A stretch of DNA of 64,000 nt from an uncultured Candidatus Binatia bacterium (GTDB taxonomy: Bacteria > Desulfobacterota > Binatia > UBA9968 > JAJDTQ01). Below, in pieces: positions 31,110-40,800 of the stretch (position 1 is the first letter of the stretch; the number at the start of each line of letters is the position of its first letter). The stretch lies in assembly GCA_965215605.1 (NCBI GenBank), contig OZ244070.1, forward strand, positions 3,199,424-3,263,423, in the 5' to 3' direction. The notes beneath the pieces are model-generated. The model was not told the origin of the DNA. It searched no databases and saw nothing but the letters and a program-made list of their open reading frames with translations. Made by a program: the position numbers and the translations under genes.

Positions 31110-33494
31110 ATGAACCACATCGCTCCCCTCCACGAGCCGGCGATCCGCCCGATCGCGCTCGACCGGCTGTCCGTCGCGCCGGAGAACGTGCGCAAGACGC
31201 CGCCCGCTACGGCCGCCGAGGCCGAGTTGAAGGCTTCCATCGCAGCCCATGGGCTGCTGGAGAACCTGATCGTCCGAAGCGAAGGCCCCGGCGGCGGCTA
31301 TGCCGTGGTCGCGGGCGGCCGCCGCCTCGCGGCGCTCAAGAAGCTCGCCGCGGACGGCGTGCTCGATGCCGCCCATCCGGTGCCGTGCCTGGTCGTCGAC
31401 GACAATGCCTCGTCCAGTGAACTGTCGCTCGCCGAGAACGTCATTCGCATCGCCATGCATCCCGCGGACCAGGTGACCGCGTTCACGAAGCTCGCCGAAT
31501 CCGGCGTCACGGTGGCGGCCATCGCCGCGCGGTTCGGCATCTCCGAGCCCTTGGTCGAACAGCGCCTGCGGCTCGGCAACGCGGCGCCCGAACTGGTCGA
31601 CGCATACCGGGCCGACGAGATCGACCTGGAGACGCTCAAGGCCTTCGCGGTCACGACCGATCACGGCCGCCAGATGGCTGTCTGGGAGCAGTTGGCGAAC
31701 CAGGGCTACCGTCCGACCTCCTGGGAGGTGAAACGCCTGCTGACCGAGGAGCGGACTCCGGCGAACTCCGCCATGGCCCGTTTCGTCGGCATCAACGCCT
31801 ACGAGGCCGCGGGCGGACCGGTGTTGCGGGACCTCTTCGCCGACGAGGAAGAGAGCGGAATCTGGCTGGAGGACCCGGTGCTCCTGCAGAAACTCGCCAT
31901 GGACAAGCTGGGCGAGGCCGTGAAGGACCTCCAGACCCGCTGGCGCTGGGCAACGGCCGTGCCGGAGGTCGACTGGACCTCGATGGCGCGTTACGGGCGC
32001 ATCCAACCGGAGCCCGCGGCGCCGACCGACGAGGAGACGGCCGAGCTCGATCGTCTGCGCACCCGCGAGGATGAGCTCTGCAATCTCGACGAAGACGAGT
32101 GGACCGAAACGCTCGGAGAGGAGGCCTGCGCCATCGAGACCCGGACAGGCGAGATCAGCGCGGCGATCGAGGCCCGCGAGACCTACCGGGCGGAGGACTA
32201 CGCGGTCGCCGGAGCCATCGCCACCATCGCATGGAACGGCGAGCTTCAGGTCATCGGGGGCCTGGTCCGTCCCGAGGACATGCCGAAGCCGGCCGATTCC
32301 GGCGCGGGCCCTGACGCTGACGCCGGTGATGGCGACAACGCCACTGGGTCCGTCCGGTTTCAGGGAACCGCAATCTCTGCGCCCATGGCCTCGCCTCCCG
32401 ATCCGCAGGCCGAGGCGCGCAAGGAAGCCGGGGTCGGGATCGGCCTTGCCGACGATCTCCGCTCGATCCGCACGGCACTGGTCAAGGCTCAACTCGGGAA
32501 CGACTTCGCGGCCGCCTTCGACCTCATGCTGTTCCAGCTCGGCCGCGCCGTGTTCACCCGCGGCTACCGGGACCATGCGCTCGACATCGCCATCAGGGAG
32601 ACCGCTGACCGGCCCACGATGCGCATGAACGACCAGGACTTCGGCGCCTGGAGCCCGGGCGAGACGATGCTCGCCGACCGCTCCGGCCTGCCGCTGGACT
32701 GGCTGACCATTGACGACGACGGCGAATCGTTCGCGACGCTCCGGGCGTTGCCGGAGGCGGAGAAGCAGGCGCTTTTCGCGGCCTCGGTGGCGCGCACGGT
32801 CAAGGGCCAGTTGGCCTTCGAGCCCCAGGCGCGTCCCGAGCTGGAAGCCACCGTCGCCCGGCTCGACATCGACTTCGCAGGCGAGGTGCGCCCGAGCGCG
32901 GACATGCTGTGGTCGCGCATCAACAAGGGGCGCATCCTCGACATCGCCAGGGAGACCTTGGGACCGGCATGGGTCTCGGCGCGGGCCAAGAACAAGAAGG
33001 CCGCGTTGGCCAAGGCGATGGAAGAGGCCTTCGCAGCCGGCAGCCCTCCGCTCGGGATCACGGCCGACGCACACGCGGCCGCGCTTGCCTGGACGCCGCC
33101 CGGCTTCGCGGCGTTCGACGCGGGCCGCGCGGGCGTCGAGGATGCCGGGGCGGAGACGGCAGCGCCCGCCGAGGCGCCGGATTCCGCGGCCAATCCTGAA
33201 CCGTCGCCGGAACCGGAAGACGCCGGCATCGAACAGGTGGAACCGGAGAGCGCCGACGCACCCGTCGGTCCGCCACAGCCGGTCTCCGCGGCCGAGAGCA
33301 TCGAGACCACGGGGGCGGCCGTCGCCGCCAACGGCAACGGCGGCGCTGCGTCCGCGGGTGACGAGGCCGATCCCACGGCCGTCGAGCCTGCCGGCACGCC
33401 GACACCCCCAGAGATCACAAGCCATGCCGACAGGGTCAACGGCTACGACCACGGCGACGGGGCCGACATCCCCGAGTTCCTGCGCCGCGTCTGA
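31110..33494 (+). CDS. ParB/Srx-fold N-terminal domain protein with a long acidic C-terminal extension
   Basis: ParB boxes LSVAPENVRK, HGLLENLIVR, VVAGGRRLAALKKL and HTH VAAIAARFGISEPLVEQRLRL. Start set at ATG 31110 with a GGAGG RBS. Confidence 0.85.
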   Translation: MNHIAPLHEPAIRPIALDRLSVAPENVRKTPPATAAEAELKASIAAHGLLENLIVRSEGPGGGYAVVAGGRRLAALKKLAADGVLDAAHPVPCLVVDDNASSSELSLAENVIRIAMHPADQVTAFTKLAESGVTVAAIAARFGISEPLVEQRLRLGNAAPELVDAYRADEIDLETLKAFAVTTDHGRQMAVWEQLANQGYRPTSWEVKRLLTEERTPANSAMARFVGINAYEAAGGPVLRDLFADEEESGIWLEDPVLLQKLAMDKLGEAVKDLQTRWRWATAVPEVDWTSMARYGRIQPEPAAPTDEETAELDRLRTREDELCNLDEDEWTETLGEEACAIETRTGEISAAIEARETYRAEDYAVAGAIATIAWNGELQVIGGLVRPEDMPKPADSGAGPDADAGDGDNATGSVRFQGTAISAPMASPPDPQAEARKEAGVGIGLADDLRSIRTALVKAQLGNDFAAAFDLMLFQLGRAVFTRGYRDHALDIAIRETADRPTMRMNDQDFGAWSPGETMLADRSGLPLDWLTIDDDGESFATLRALPEAEKQALFAASVARTVKGQLAFEPQARPELEATVARLDIDFAGEVRPSADMLWSRINKGRILDIARETLGPAWVSARAKNKKAALAKAMEEAFAAGSPPLGITADAHAAALAWTPPGFAAFDAGRAGVEDAGAETAAPAEAPDSAANPEPSPEPEDAGIEQVEPESADAPVGPPQPVSAAESIETTGAAVAANGNGGAASAGDEADPTAVEPAGTPTPPEITSHADRVNGYDHGDGADIPEFLRRV

Positions 33495-33512
33495 CCCGCC
33501 CTCCGGCCCGGA

Positions 33513-33556
33513 AGCGCCCCGCCCCGCACACCGCCGGGCGGGGCGCTTCCGTTTTC
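33513..33556 (+). terminator. Hairpin (12-bp perfect stem AGCGCCCCGCCC/GGGCGGGGCGCT) plus a T-rich tail after the parB-like gene
   Basis: Perfect inverted repeat with an 11-nt loop followed by TCCGTTTTCCC. Similar hairpin-plus-TTTC architecture occurs at 36348-36392 and 53390-53433. Confidence 0.5.
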
Positions 33557-33579
33557 CCATCCAACCATGGAGGCCCCGC

Positions 33580-35325
33580 ATGACACGCACCGCCAATCCG
33601 CCCGCCGCGACCATTCGCGCCCGGGTCCACGACAGCGCACTGGAGCGCGTAACGAGGTTCTTTGCATCCACGCTCTACGAAATTTTCGTCGAGACCCTGC
33701 AGAACGCCCGCCGGGCCGGCGCCGCCCGCGTCCGCGTCACTGTGGGCACAGCCGTCGGCCAGCCCGCCGACTGCGGGACGGAGCCGTCCGAAGCGCGCCT
33801 GACCGTAACCGTCACCGACGACGGCGCCGGCATCGAGGATCCCGCCGTCCTGCTGAGCTTCGGCGAGAACGGCTGGAACAACGACCTGGTGGCCCGCGAG
33901 GACGCCGCCGGAATGGGAATCCTGAGCCTCGCCCACCGCGGCTGCCGGATCACCTCCCGGCCACGTACGCCGGACGGTCATATCGGGCATGGCTGGTCCG
34001 TGGACCTCTTGCCTGAACATTTCACCGGCCACAGCGACGCCCAGGTCCTGTACGACGACAACGCGCCGTATCCATCCGGCGCCGCCGTGCAGTTCCAGGC
34101 CACGGTGTCCGCGGACATGATCCGCTCCGCGATCGCCAGTGCGGCGCGCCACTACCCGCTGCCGGTCACCTTCGAAGGCGAGACGCTTGAACGCCGGGCC
34201 TTCCTCGACGGCGCCGTCCACGCCGAGAGCTGGAACGGGCTCACCTTCGGCGTCTACCGGGACCGCAGTCGCGGCTACCTCGAGCCCGACCTCAACTTCT
34301 TCGGGCTGACGGTTGCCGTCCGCCTGCCCACGGTCGAGACCGTCCACCGCGGCATCTGGTCCGTCCGCGCCGACGTCGTGGACTGCCCCGGCCTGGAACT
34401 GCAATTGCCCGCGCGCAGGGAAGCCGTCGAGAACGCGTTTCTAGCCGACATGCGCGAGGCGGCGCGCCTGGCGATCTACCGCGCCATGGCCGCCGATCCC
34501 GAGCCGCGTCCCGCCTTTGTCGACTGGACGCGGGCGCGCGACGCCGGGATCGAGCTTGCGCCGCCGCCGGCGGTCCTCCGGCCCTGGCGGCCCGGCATCG
34601 CCGACGTAGACGACTGGCGGGAACCGCCCAAGCCCGCGCCGGCCGCCCCCGACGCGCTGGTCATGGCCTGCGATCCCGAGCCGCCAGAGGCACAGGCGCT
34701 GTGGCGCGCCGCGGAGCGCACCGCCATGGCCGAGAGGCTCTTCGAGGCCGACAGGCGCCTCGAAGGCTACGGCTGGTACGACCGGCTCGACCGCGTCACG
34801 GGCATCGACACCGAGGTCACCGGCGGCGACGGCAAGACGTGGCCGCTCCACGGGTATCCCGCGCCCGAGCGGACGGGAGCCGCCGCCCCGCTGGCGGCCC
34901 GTCCTGACGCGATCCGCATGTCGATTGCAATTGAAACCGCCGGTGGCTCCGGCCACACGCTCGACCTCCCCGCCGATCTGGCGTTCGCTGGCGAGGCCTG
35001 GGACTGGGTCTGCAACGCGCTGCCGCTGGTCACCGCGGACAGCACCCTGGAACCGCGCCGGCTCGCGGAGCTGCTGCGCCTGAGCTTCTTCTCGGCCTCC
35101 GACGATGCGGACGCCGACAGCCGCGAGACCCAGGCCGTGCGGTTCGACGAAGAGGCGCTCCACATCGCCACCAGGCTCCTGTGCAGCGAGGATTCGGCGC
35201 TGGAACTCTCCATCGCCGAGACCGTCCGGCGCGAGCTCTTCTGGCTCGTTCCCAACAACCGCAAGGTGGAGATCTCCATCACCCGCCCGGACATCCGGGT
35301 CACCCTGGGCGATCCCGCCGAATAG
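33580..35325 (+). CDS. GHKL (histidine-kinase-like) ATPase domain protein, with about 400 aa of unknown C-terminus
   Basis: N-box FVETLQNARRAGA, G1 box VTDDGAGIED, G2-like AAGMGILSL. Start at ATG 33580. The upstream ORF extension overlaps parB and was rejected. Confidence 0.7.
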   Translation: MTRTANPPAATIRARVHDSALERVTRFFASTLYEIFVETLQNARRAGAARVRVTVGTAVGQPADCGTEPSEARLTVTVTDDGAGIEDPAVLLSFGENGWNNDLVAREDAAGMGILSLAHRGCRITSRPRTPDGHIGHGWSVDLLPEHFTGHSDAQVLYDDNAPYPSGAAVQFQATVSADMIRSAIASAARHYPLPVTFEGETLERRAFLDGAVHAESWNGLTFGVYRDRSRGYLEPDLNFFGLTVAVRLPTVETVHRGIWSVRADVVDCPGLELQLPARREAVENAFLADMREAARLAIYRAMAADPEPRPAFVDWTRARDAGIELAPPPAVLRPWRPGIADVDDWREPPKPAPAAPDALVMACDPEPPEAQALWRAAERTAMAERLFEADRRLEGYGWYDRLDRVTGIDTEVTGGDGKTWPLHGYPAPERTGAAAPLAARPDAIRMSIAIETAGGSGHTLDLPADLAFAGEAWDWVCNALPLVTADSTLEPRRLAELLRLSFFSASDDADADSRETQAVRFDEEALHIATRLLCSEDSALELSIAETVRRELFWLVPNNRKVEISITRPDIRVTLGDPAE

Positions 35326-35640
35326 TGTCAGGGGAACATCCGGGGTTCCGCGGCGGCCGGACGAGACTGCAAGTGCCGGTCAACTAGCCGTCGGAGCCGC
35401 CGCGGTCGGGGCCGTCCTTCACCGCATCCGGCAGATGCGCCATGCCGGGGATCAGCGCGAGAAGTGCGACGATGCCCGGCATGCGGAATCCATGACCGCG
35501 CTCCGGGCGCTGGTCCAGGGGCTCGAACGCCAGGGAGAAGCGCTCCAGCACCAGGGAGGAGCGCTGGAAAAGCAGGGGGCCGTGCTCGAGCGGCCCTGAA
35601 GGCCCGGACCTGGCGCCCGGCGCCGGAAAGGACGGGCGCC

Positions 35641-35913
35641 GTGCAGGAAATCATCATCACCGCCAGGGCGCTCGACATCCGGCCATGCGAGGAATGCGGG
35701 GACACACGGCCGGCGTTCGAGCTTCAGATCAATGACCGCGGGGACCTCGCCACCTGGAACGTCTGCGAGGACTGCCTGCGCTCCGAAGCGGCCGCGAACC
35801 TGGGAGCCTGGGCCGCGGACAACAGCCAGGTGAGACAACCAATGGCCGCCGCAATCGAGCCGTCCAGCGCCGGGGCCGTCGCCGGCAAGCTCGCCGCCGC
35901 AAGGCAACCATAG
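35641..35913 (+). CDS. Small hypothetical protein with a CxxC...CxxC zinc-ribbon-like motif
   Basis: GTG start. RPCEECGDTRPAFELQINDRGDLATWNVCEDCL. Support is weak: no clear RBS and a high-GC background. Confidence 0.35.
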   Translation: MQEIIITARALDIRPCEECGDTRPAFELQINDRGDLATWNVCEDCLRSEAAANLGAWAADNSQVRQPMAAAIEPSSAGAVAGKLAAARQP

Positions 35914-36533
35914 CCCGCCCTCGAACATTTCCATCCGCGCATGCGATTTCGTTCCGACGACTGATCCAACGGAGGCGCACCCGCGGTGCGGCGATCCGGC
36001 CCGACCGGGAGCGACGCGCCACCCTGGGGCGCCCCGGGCGATCGCCCCAGGAACACAACCTGAGCCGGACGGCCGCCCGCATTCCACGCCTCTCCTGCAG
36101 GACTGCCCGCGCGCCGCCCGGAGCCGAGCCCGGCTGTTTCCGGTCGCAGGGCGTCCGGGACGCGGGAGCGGCCGTTCCGCTCCCCGACATTCATCCCGCC
36201 CGCAAGGAGACCGCCCATGGGACTTCTCGCGCCCGAGATGCGCCGGAAGCCGCCCCCGAACGCCCGGAGCCCTGACAACGATCGCACACATGTCGTCAAG
36301 TTTTAGACCCCGCCGGGCCCTTCCGCCCAAGCATCCCCATCCCCTGCGCGCCTCGCCCCGGCCACCCGGCCAGGGCGGGGCGCTTTCATTTTCAGCCACA
36401 TGGAGGTTGCCAATGCCCGCGGCCGCGGCCCCGGCGCCGGGATGCGATTCCCCGGCACTCATTTTGCACTGCCTGATCCCGTGACGGGGCCAGAGGCCGG
36501 ATCGGATGAGCCCGGCCGGGAAGAGAGGACGCC

Positions 36534-37115
36534 ATGGAAGTACGGAACCCGATGGAAGCACTGATCGGAGCGAACGGGACAGCGAGGATCGCCGGCCTCT
36601 CCCTGCTTGGCCTCGATTCGATGACGGTCCGGGAACTGCGGCGCCACGGCCTCACCGCGGCGCAGGCCGGGAGGGTCAAGGCGGCGTTCGAACTGGGCCG
36701 GCAACTGCTCGAAGCCGAATCCTGCGTGCACGAGAACGCTCCGATGGTCAGCAGTCCCGAGGAGGCCTACCGCTACATGCGGCCGCGGTACGTGAACGAA
36801 TACCGCGAACACTTCGATGTCTTGTTGATGACCAACCGGAACAGGCTGATTCGCCGCCATCGGGTTTCCACGGGCAGCCTTACGGCGTCCGTCGTTCATC
36901 CCAGGGAGGTCTTCAACCCGGTCATCCGCGAGTCCGCAGCCGGGGTCATCTTCACCCATAACCACCCCTCGGGCGATCCATCGCCTTCGCGCGAGGACGT
37001 GGACATCACCCATCGGCTCCGGCAGGTGGCCGAGGTGCTGGGAGTCCGGGTCCACGACCACGTCGTCTGCGGGCACGACCGCTTCTTCAGTTTCAACAGG
37101 GAGGGCCTCCTATGA
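36534..37115 (+). CDS. radC: RadC-family JAB/MPN domain protein
   Basis: JAMM motif VIFTHNHPSGDPSPSREDVDITHRL. Typical of mobile-element RadC. Confidence 0.85.
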   Translation: MEVRNPMEALIGANGTARIAGLSLLGLDSMTVRELRRHGLTAAQAGRVKAAFELGRQLLEAESCVHENAPMVSSPEEAYRYMRPRYVNEYREHFDVLLMTNRNRLIRRHRVSTGSLTASVVHPREVFNPVIRESAAGVIFTHNHPSGDPSPSREDVDITHRLRQVAEVLGVRVHDHVVCGHDRFFSFNREGLL

Positions 37116-37432
37116 TGCGTCGACGTTCCACCGGCCCGCCGCCGGCCATGCATCCCATGGACCCGCGCCGCGGCCGGGACCTCTCGCCGATGTTCTCGGC
37201 GTTCCTTTGCTGGCTCCTGAGTATCGAGCCCATGACCAGCCGGGCCATCACCGGCGTCGCCGTTTCCGGCAACGCTGTGCTGGCCGCGACCGACCAAAAC
37301 CCGCTGTTCGACCAGCATCTCGGATCGCTGGACGATTTCGAGACGAACATCCGCGGCTGGGGCCAAGCCTGCGGCGCCGATGCCGGCGTCGTGGAAAGCC
37401 TCGTCGCCCGGATGCGGAGGGCGGACCGATGA
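37112..37432 (+). CDS. Hypothetical protein
   Basis: Coupled by ATGA overlaps to radC upstream and the next ORF downstream. No motif recognised. Confidence 0.4.
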   Translation: MMRRRSTGPPPAMHPMDPRRGRDLSPMFSAFLCWLLSIEPMTSRAITGVAVSGNAVLAATDQNPLFDQHLGSLDDFETNIRGWGQACGADAGVVESLVARMRRADR

Positions 37433-37716
37433 GCTTCTTCGACCTCCCCGAAGGCTACGACCGCCATGCGGCCGCCCTCGCCATCGTCGATCCCGGCGCG
37501 TCCAACCCGTCCGGCGTCGCACTCGCCATTCACCAGGCATGCACGCAGGTCATCGGCGAGGGCGGCAATCAGAGCGAAGACGCCGCGGTCCGCCTCATGA
37601 CGACGCAACTGGCGTTCCTCGTCCAGGGCGATTCCGATCTCGACTTCGACGAATACCGCCGGCTGATGGACGACTGCCGCGCCCGCGCGTCCGAACGGCG
37701 GAACGCCCGGAACTAG
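37429..37716 (+). CDS. Hypothetical protein
   Basis: 95 aa, with an ATGA overlap to the previous ORF. Globular, non-repetitive composition. Confidence 0.45.
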   Translation: MSFFDLPEGYDRHAAALAIVDPGASNPSGVALAIHQACTQVIGEGGNQSEDAAVRLMTTQLAFLVQGDSDLDFDEYRRLMDDCRARASERRNARN

Positions 37717-37868
37717 GGATCGCCGATCCCGCGTGATCCCCCGCACGTCTGCTCCCCGCCGCGAGGAGGCCGGGCAGCCGGTCCGGGGCAGGCCGCAGGC
37801 GCCGTGCGGGAGGATTCGTTCCGCACCGCGCCCCGGTACTTTCACGCACTTCCAGGAGGGAGAGATCC

Positions 37869-40800
37869 ATGCTCGACGCCCACACGGCGGCGGACGCGTC
37901 CGCGCGCCTTCCCGTTCCCCACGCCCTTCCTTCCGTCCCCGCCGCCCCGGGCTCCGAGCCTTCCGCACATGACGCGCTGTTCACCGCCGCCACAACCCTC
38001 CTGCCGGTCCTGGAGGCCGGCCGGCCGCTCGACGCCGCCACCCTGCGGGACGCCATGACACGCGCCTTCGGCGTCGGCGATGCCGAGGGCGCATGGGTCT
38101 GGAAGGACGCCTACGAGGCCGCCGAGGCCGCGGCCGTGCTGTTCATCCGCCGCCACGGCCGGGCCATGCGCCGCCACGCCGGGGCCGGTCCGGACGGACC
38201 CTCCGTCATGCTCAGGATGCTGGAGGCTGTCGCCGCGCTTGAGCCGTCCCACACGAAGCGCTCGGAAGAGCAGGTCCGCCTCCAGCAGTTCTCGACGCCC
38301 CTGCCGCTGGCCTACGCGGCACTCCAGGCCGCTGCGGTCCGGCCGGGCGACGTCGTGCTGGAGCCGTCCGCGGGCACCGGCATACTGGCGGTCATGGCGG
38401 AATGCGCGCTCGGGAGCCGCGCCGCCGGGAACCTGCATCTGAACGAGATCGCGGACGTCCGCCGGGCGCTTCTGTGCCGCCTGTTCCCCGAAACCCTGGT
38501 CACCGGCGTGAACGCCGAGAACGCCGCCGACCGCCTGCCGGGCGCCCGGCCCACCGTTGTCATCATGAACCCGCCGTTCTCGGCCACGCCGGGCGTCCAC
38601 AGCATCCGCCACGACGCCGACCTCCGGCATGTGCGTTCCGCCTTCTCCATGCTGCCGCCGGGCGGCCGGCTCGTGGCCGTCACGTCCGCCAACTGCGTTC
38701 CCGGCGATTCCGGTTGGAACGGCGCCTTCGGCCGCCTCGATCCGCCCGCCCGCGTCGCGTTCACCATGGCCGTCGACGGCCGCGTCTACGCGCGCCGGGG
38801 CACGGGCTTCGACACAAGGCTCACCGTGCTCGACCGCACGGGCCGGCCCGGCATCGACGTCGATCCCCACGCCCGCGCCGCCACTGCCGCGGAGATGCTC
38901 GACGCCGTCATCGCCCGGGTTCCGCCCCGCCTGCCCGTGGAACTCCGCGCCGCCCAGGCCACGCAGGGCCGGGACCTCTTCGGCAACGCGGCCGCGCCGC
39001 AGCCGTCCAAGCGAACGGCCACGTCGAAGCCTGCGGCATCCGAACCGGCCCATGACTGGGGAACCGTGTCCGAGCTGAGCGTCGAGACCGGCCCGGCGGA
39101 TGCCGGCACGGACCCAGGCAGCGCCACCTCCGGACCCTACGAACCCTGGAGGGCGGGCGCCGCCCGGATTCCGGGCACTGTCGTGCATCCAACGCCGCTC
39201 GTGCAGTCCGCGGCAATGGCGGCCGTCCCGCATCCGGCCCCGTCCTACCGCCCCATGCTGCCGGAACGCGTCGTTGCGGACGGCCTCCTGTCGGACGCCC
39301 AGCTCGAAAGCGTCGTCCTGGCGGGCCAGGCCCACCAGGGCCATCTCGCGGCAAGCTGCCGGATCGGTTCCGGCTGGGAGACCGTCCTGCGCTGCGGCGA
39401 GAAGGACCAGAGCGGCGTCACCATGACCGACGAAGGCGAGACACTGTCGGCGCCGATCCGCTTCCGCCGGGGCTGGATGCTGGGAGACGGCACGGGCTGC
39501 GGCAAGGGGCGTCAGGTGGCGGCCGTCATCCTCGACGGTTGGCTCCGCGGACGGAAACGGGCGCTGTGGCTAAGCCAGTCCGACAAGCTCCTGGAGGACG
39601 CACGCCGGGACTGGACCGCGCTGGGCGGGGGCGAGGACGACCTGATCCCGCTCGCAGACTTCCGCCAGGGCCAGGAGATCCCGCGCTCCACCGGTATTCT
39701 TTTCGCCACCTACGCCACGCTGCGCTCGCCGTCCCGCCAGGGCCGCGCTTCGCGGCTCGACCAGATCATCGGCTGGCTCGCCGGAGGCCTCGACGAGGAC
39801 GCCCGCCATGCCTTCGACGGCGCCGTCGTCTTCGACGAGGCCCACGCCATGGCCAACGCCGCGGGAGGGAAGGGCGCCCGCGGCGACGTGAAGCCGTCGG
39901 CCCAGGGGCGCGCCGGGTTGCGGCTCCAGAACGCGCTGCCCGACGCGCGGATCGCCTACGTCTCGGCCACCGGCGCCACCACCGTGCAGGGACTTGCCTA
40001 CGCCAGCCGTCTCGGGCTCTGGGGCGCGGCCGAGACGCCGTTCGAGAGCCGAAGCGATTTCGTCTCCGCTATGGAAGCCGGCGGGGTCGCCGCCATGGAG
40101 GTGGTCGCCAGGGACCTGAAGGCCCTGGGTCTCTACCAGGCCCGCGCGCTGGCCTATGACGGCGTCGAGGTGGACATCCTGGTGCACGAGCTCTCGCCGG
40201 AGCAGCGGCGCATCTACGACGCCTATGCCGGGGCGTTCAAGATCATCCACGCCAACATCGAGGACGCGCTCGAGGCTACGGGCATCATGCAGGGAAAAGC
40301 CACCCTCAACAGGAACGCCAAGTCGGCGGCGCTGAGCGCTTTCGAGGGCGCCAAGCAACGCTTCTTCGGGCATCTTCTGACAGCCATGAAGTGCCCGTCG
40401 CTGATCCGCGCGATCGAGGCCGATCTCGACGCCGGCCGGTCCTCCGTCATCCAGCTCGTTTCCACCGGCGAGGCCTTGATGGAACGCCGTATCGCCGAGA
40501 TACCGGCCTCGGAGTGGGACGACCTGGGCATCGACCTGACGCCGCGCGAGGCCGTCCTCGACTTCCTCGCCCACGCATTTCCCGTGCAGCTGCAGGAACC
40601 CTACACGGACGGCGACGGGAACCTCATGAGCCGCCCCGCCACGGACGCCGAGGGCCGGCCGGTCCTGTGCCGGGAGGCGCTTGCGCAGCGCGACGCGCTG
40701 ATCGAGAAGCTCGCGTCCCTGCCGCCGGTGCCCTCGGCCCTCGACCAGGTAGTCCAGCACTTCGGCCACGAGGCCGTGGCGGAAGTGACGGGCCGGTCCC

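Noticed and set aside
32710-33579. An upstream extension of the GHKL ATPase ORF that overlaps the parB-like gene. Similar extensions occur for dnaG (9321), xseA (6404), ureC (18489), the toprim gene (45379), MoxR (53361) and abiEii (58301).
   Set aside because: The extensions overlap well-supported upstream genes and are low-complexity. Internal ATGs with good RBSs coincide with the start of recognisable homology.
35384-35599. Two antisense-overlapping micro-ORFs: a 32-aa hydrophobic peptide on the minus strand (35384-35482) and a 35-aa coiled peptide on the plus strand (35492-35599). Together they could be a type I TA-like pair. A 23-aa ORF at 36413-36484 was also noted.
   Set aside because: ORFs of this size arise by chance in GC-rich DNA. 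There are no convincing RBS or promoter signals and no conservation evidence.
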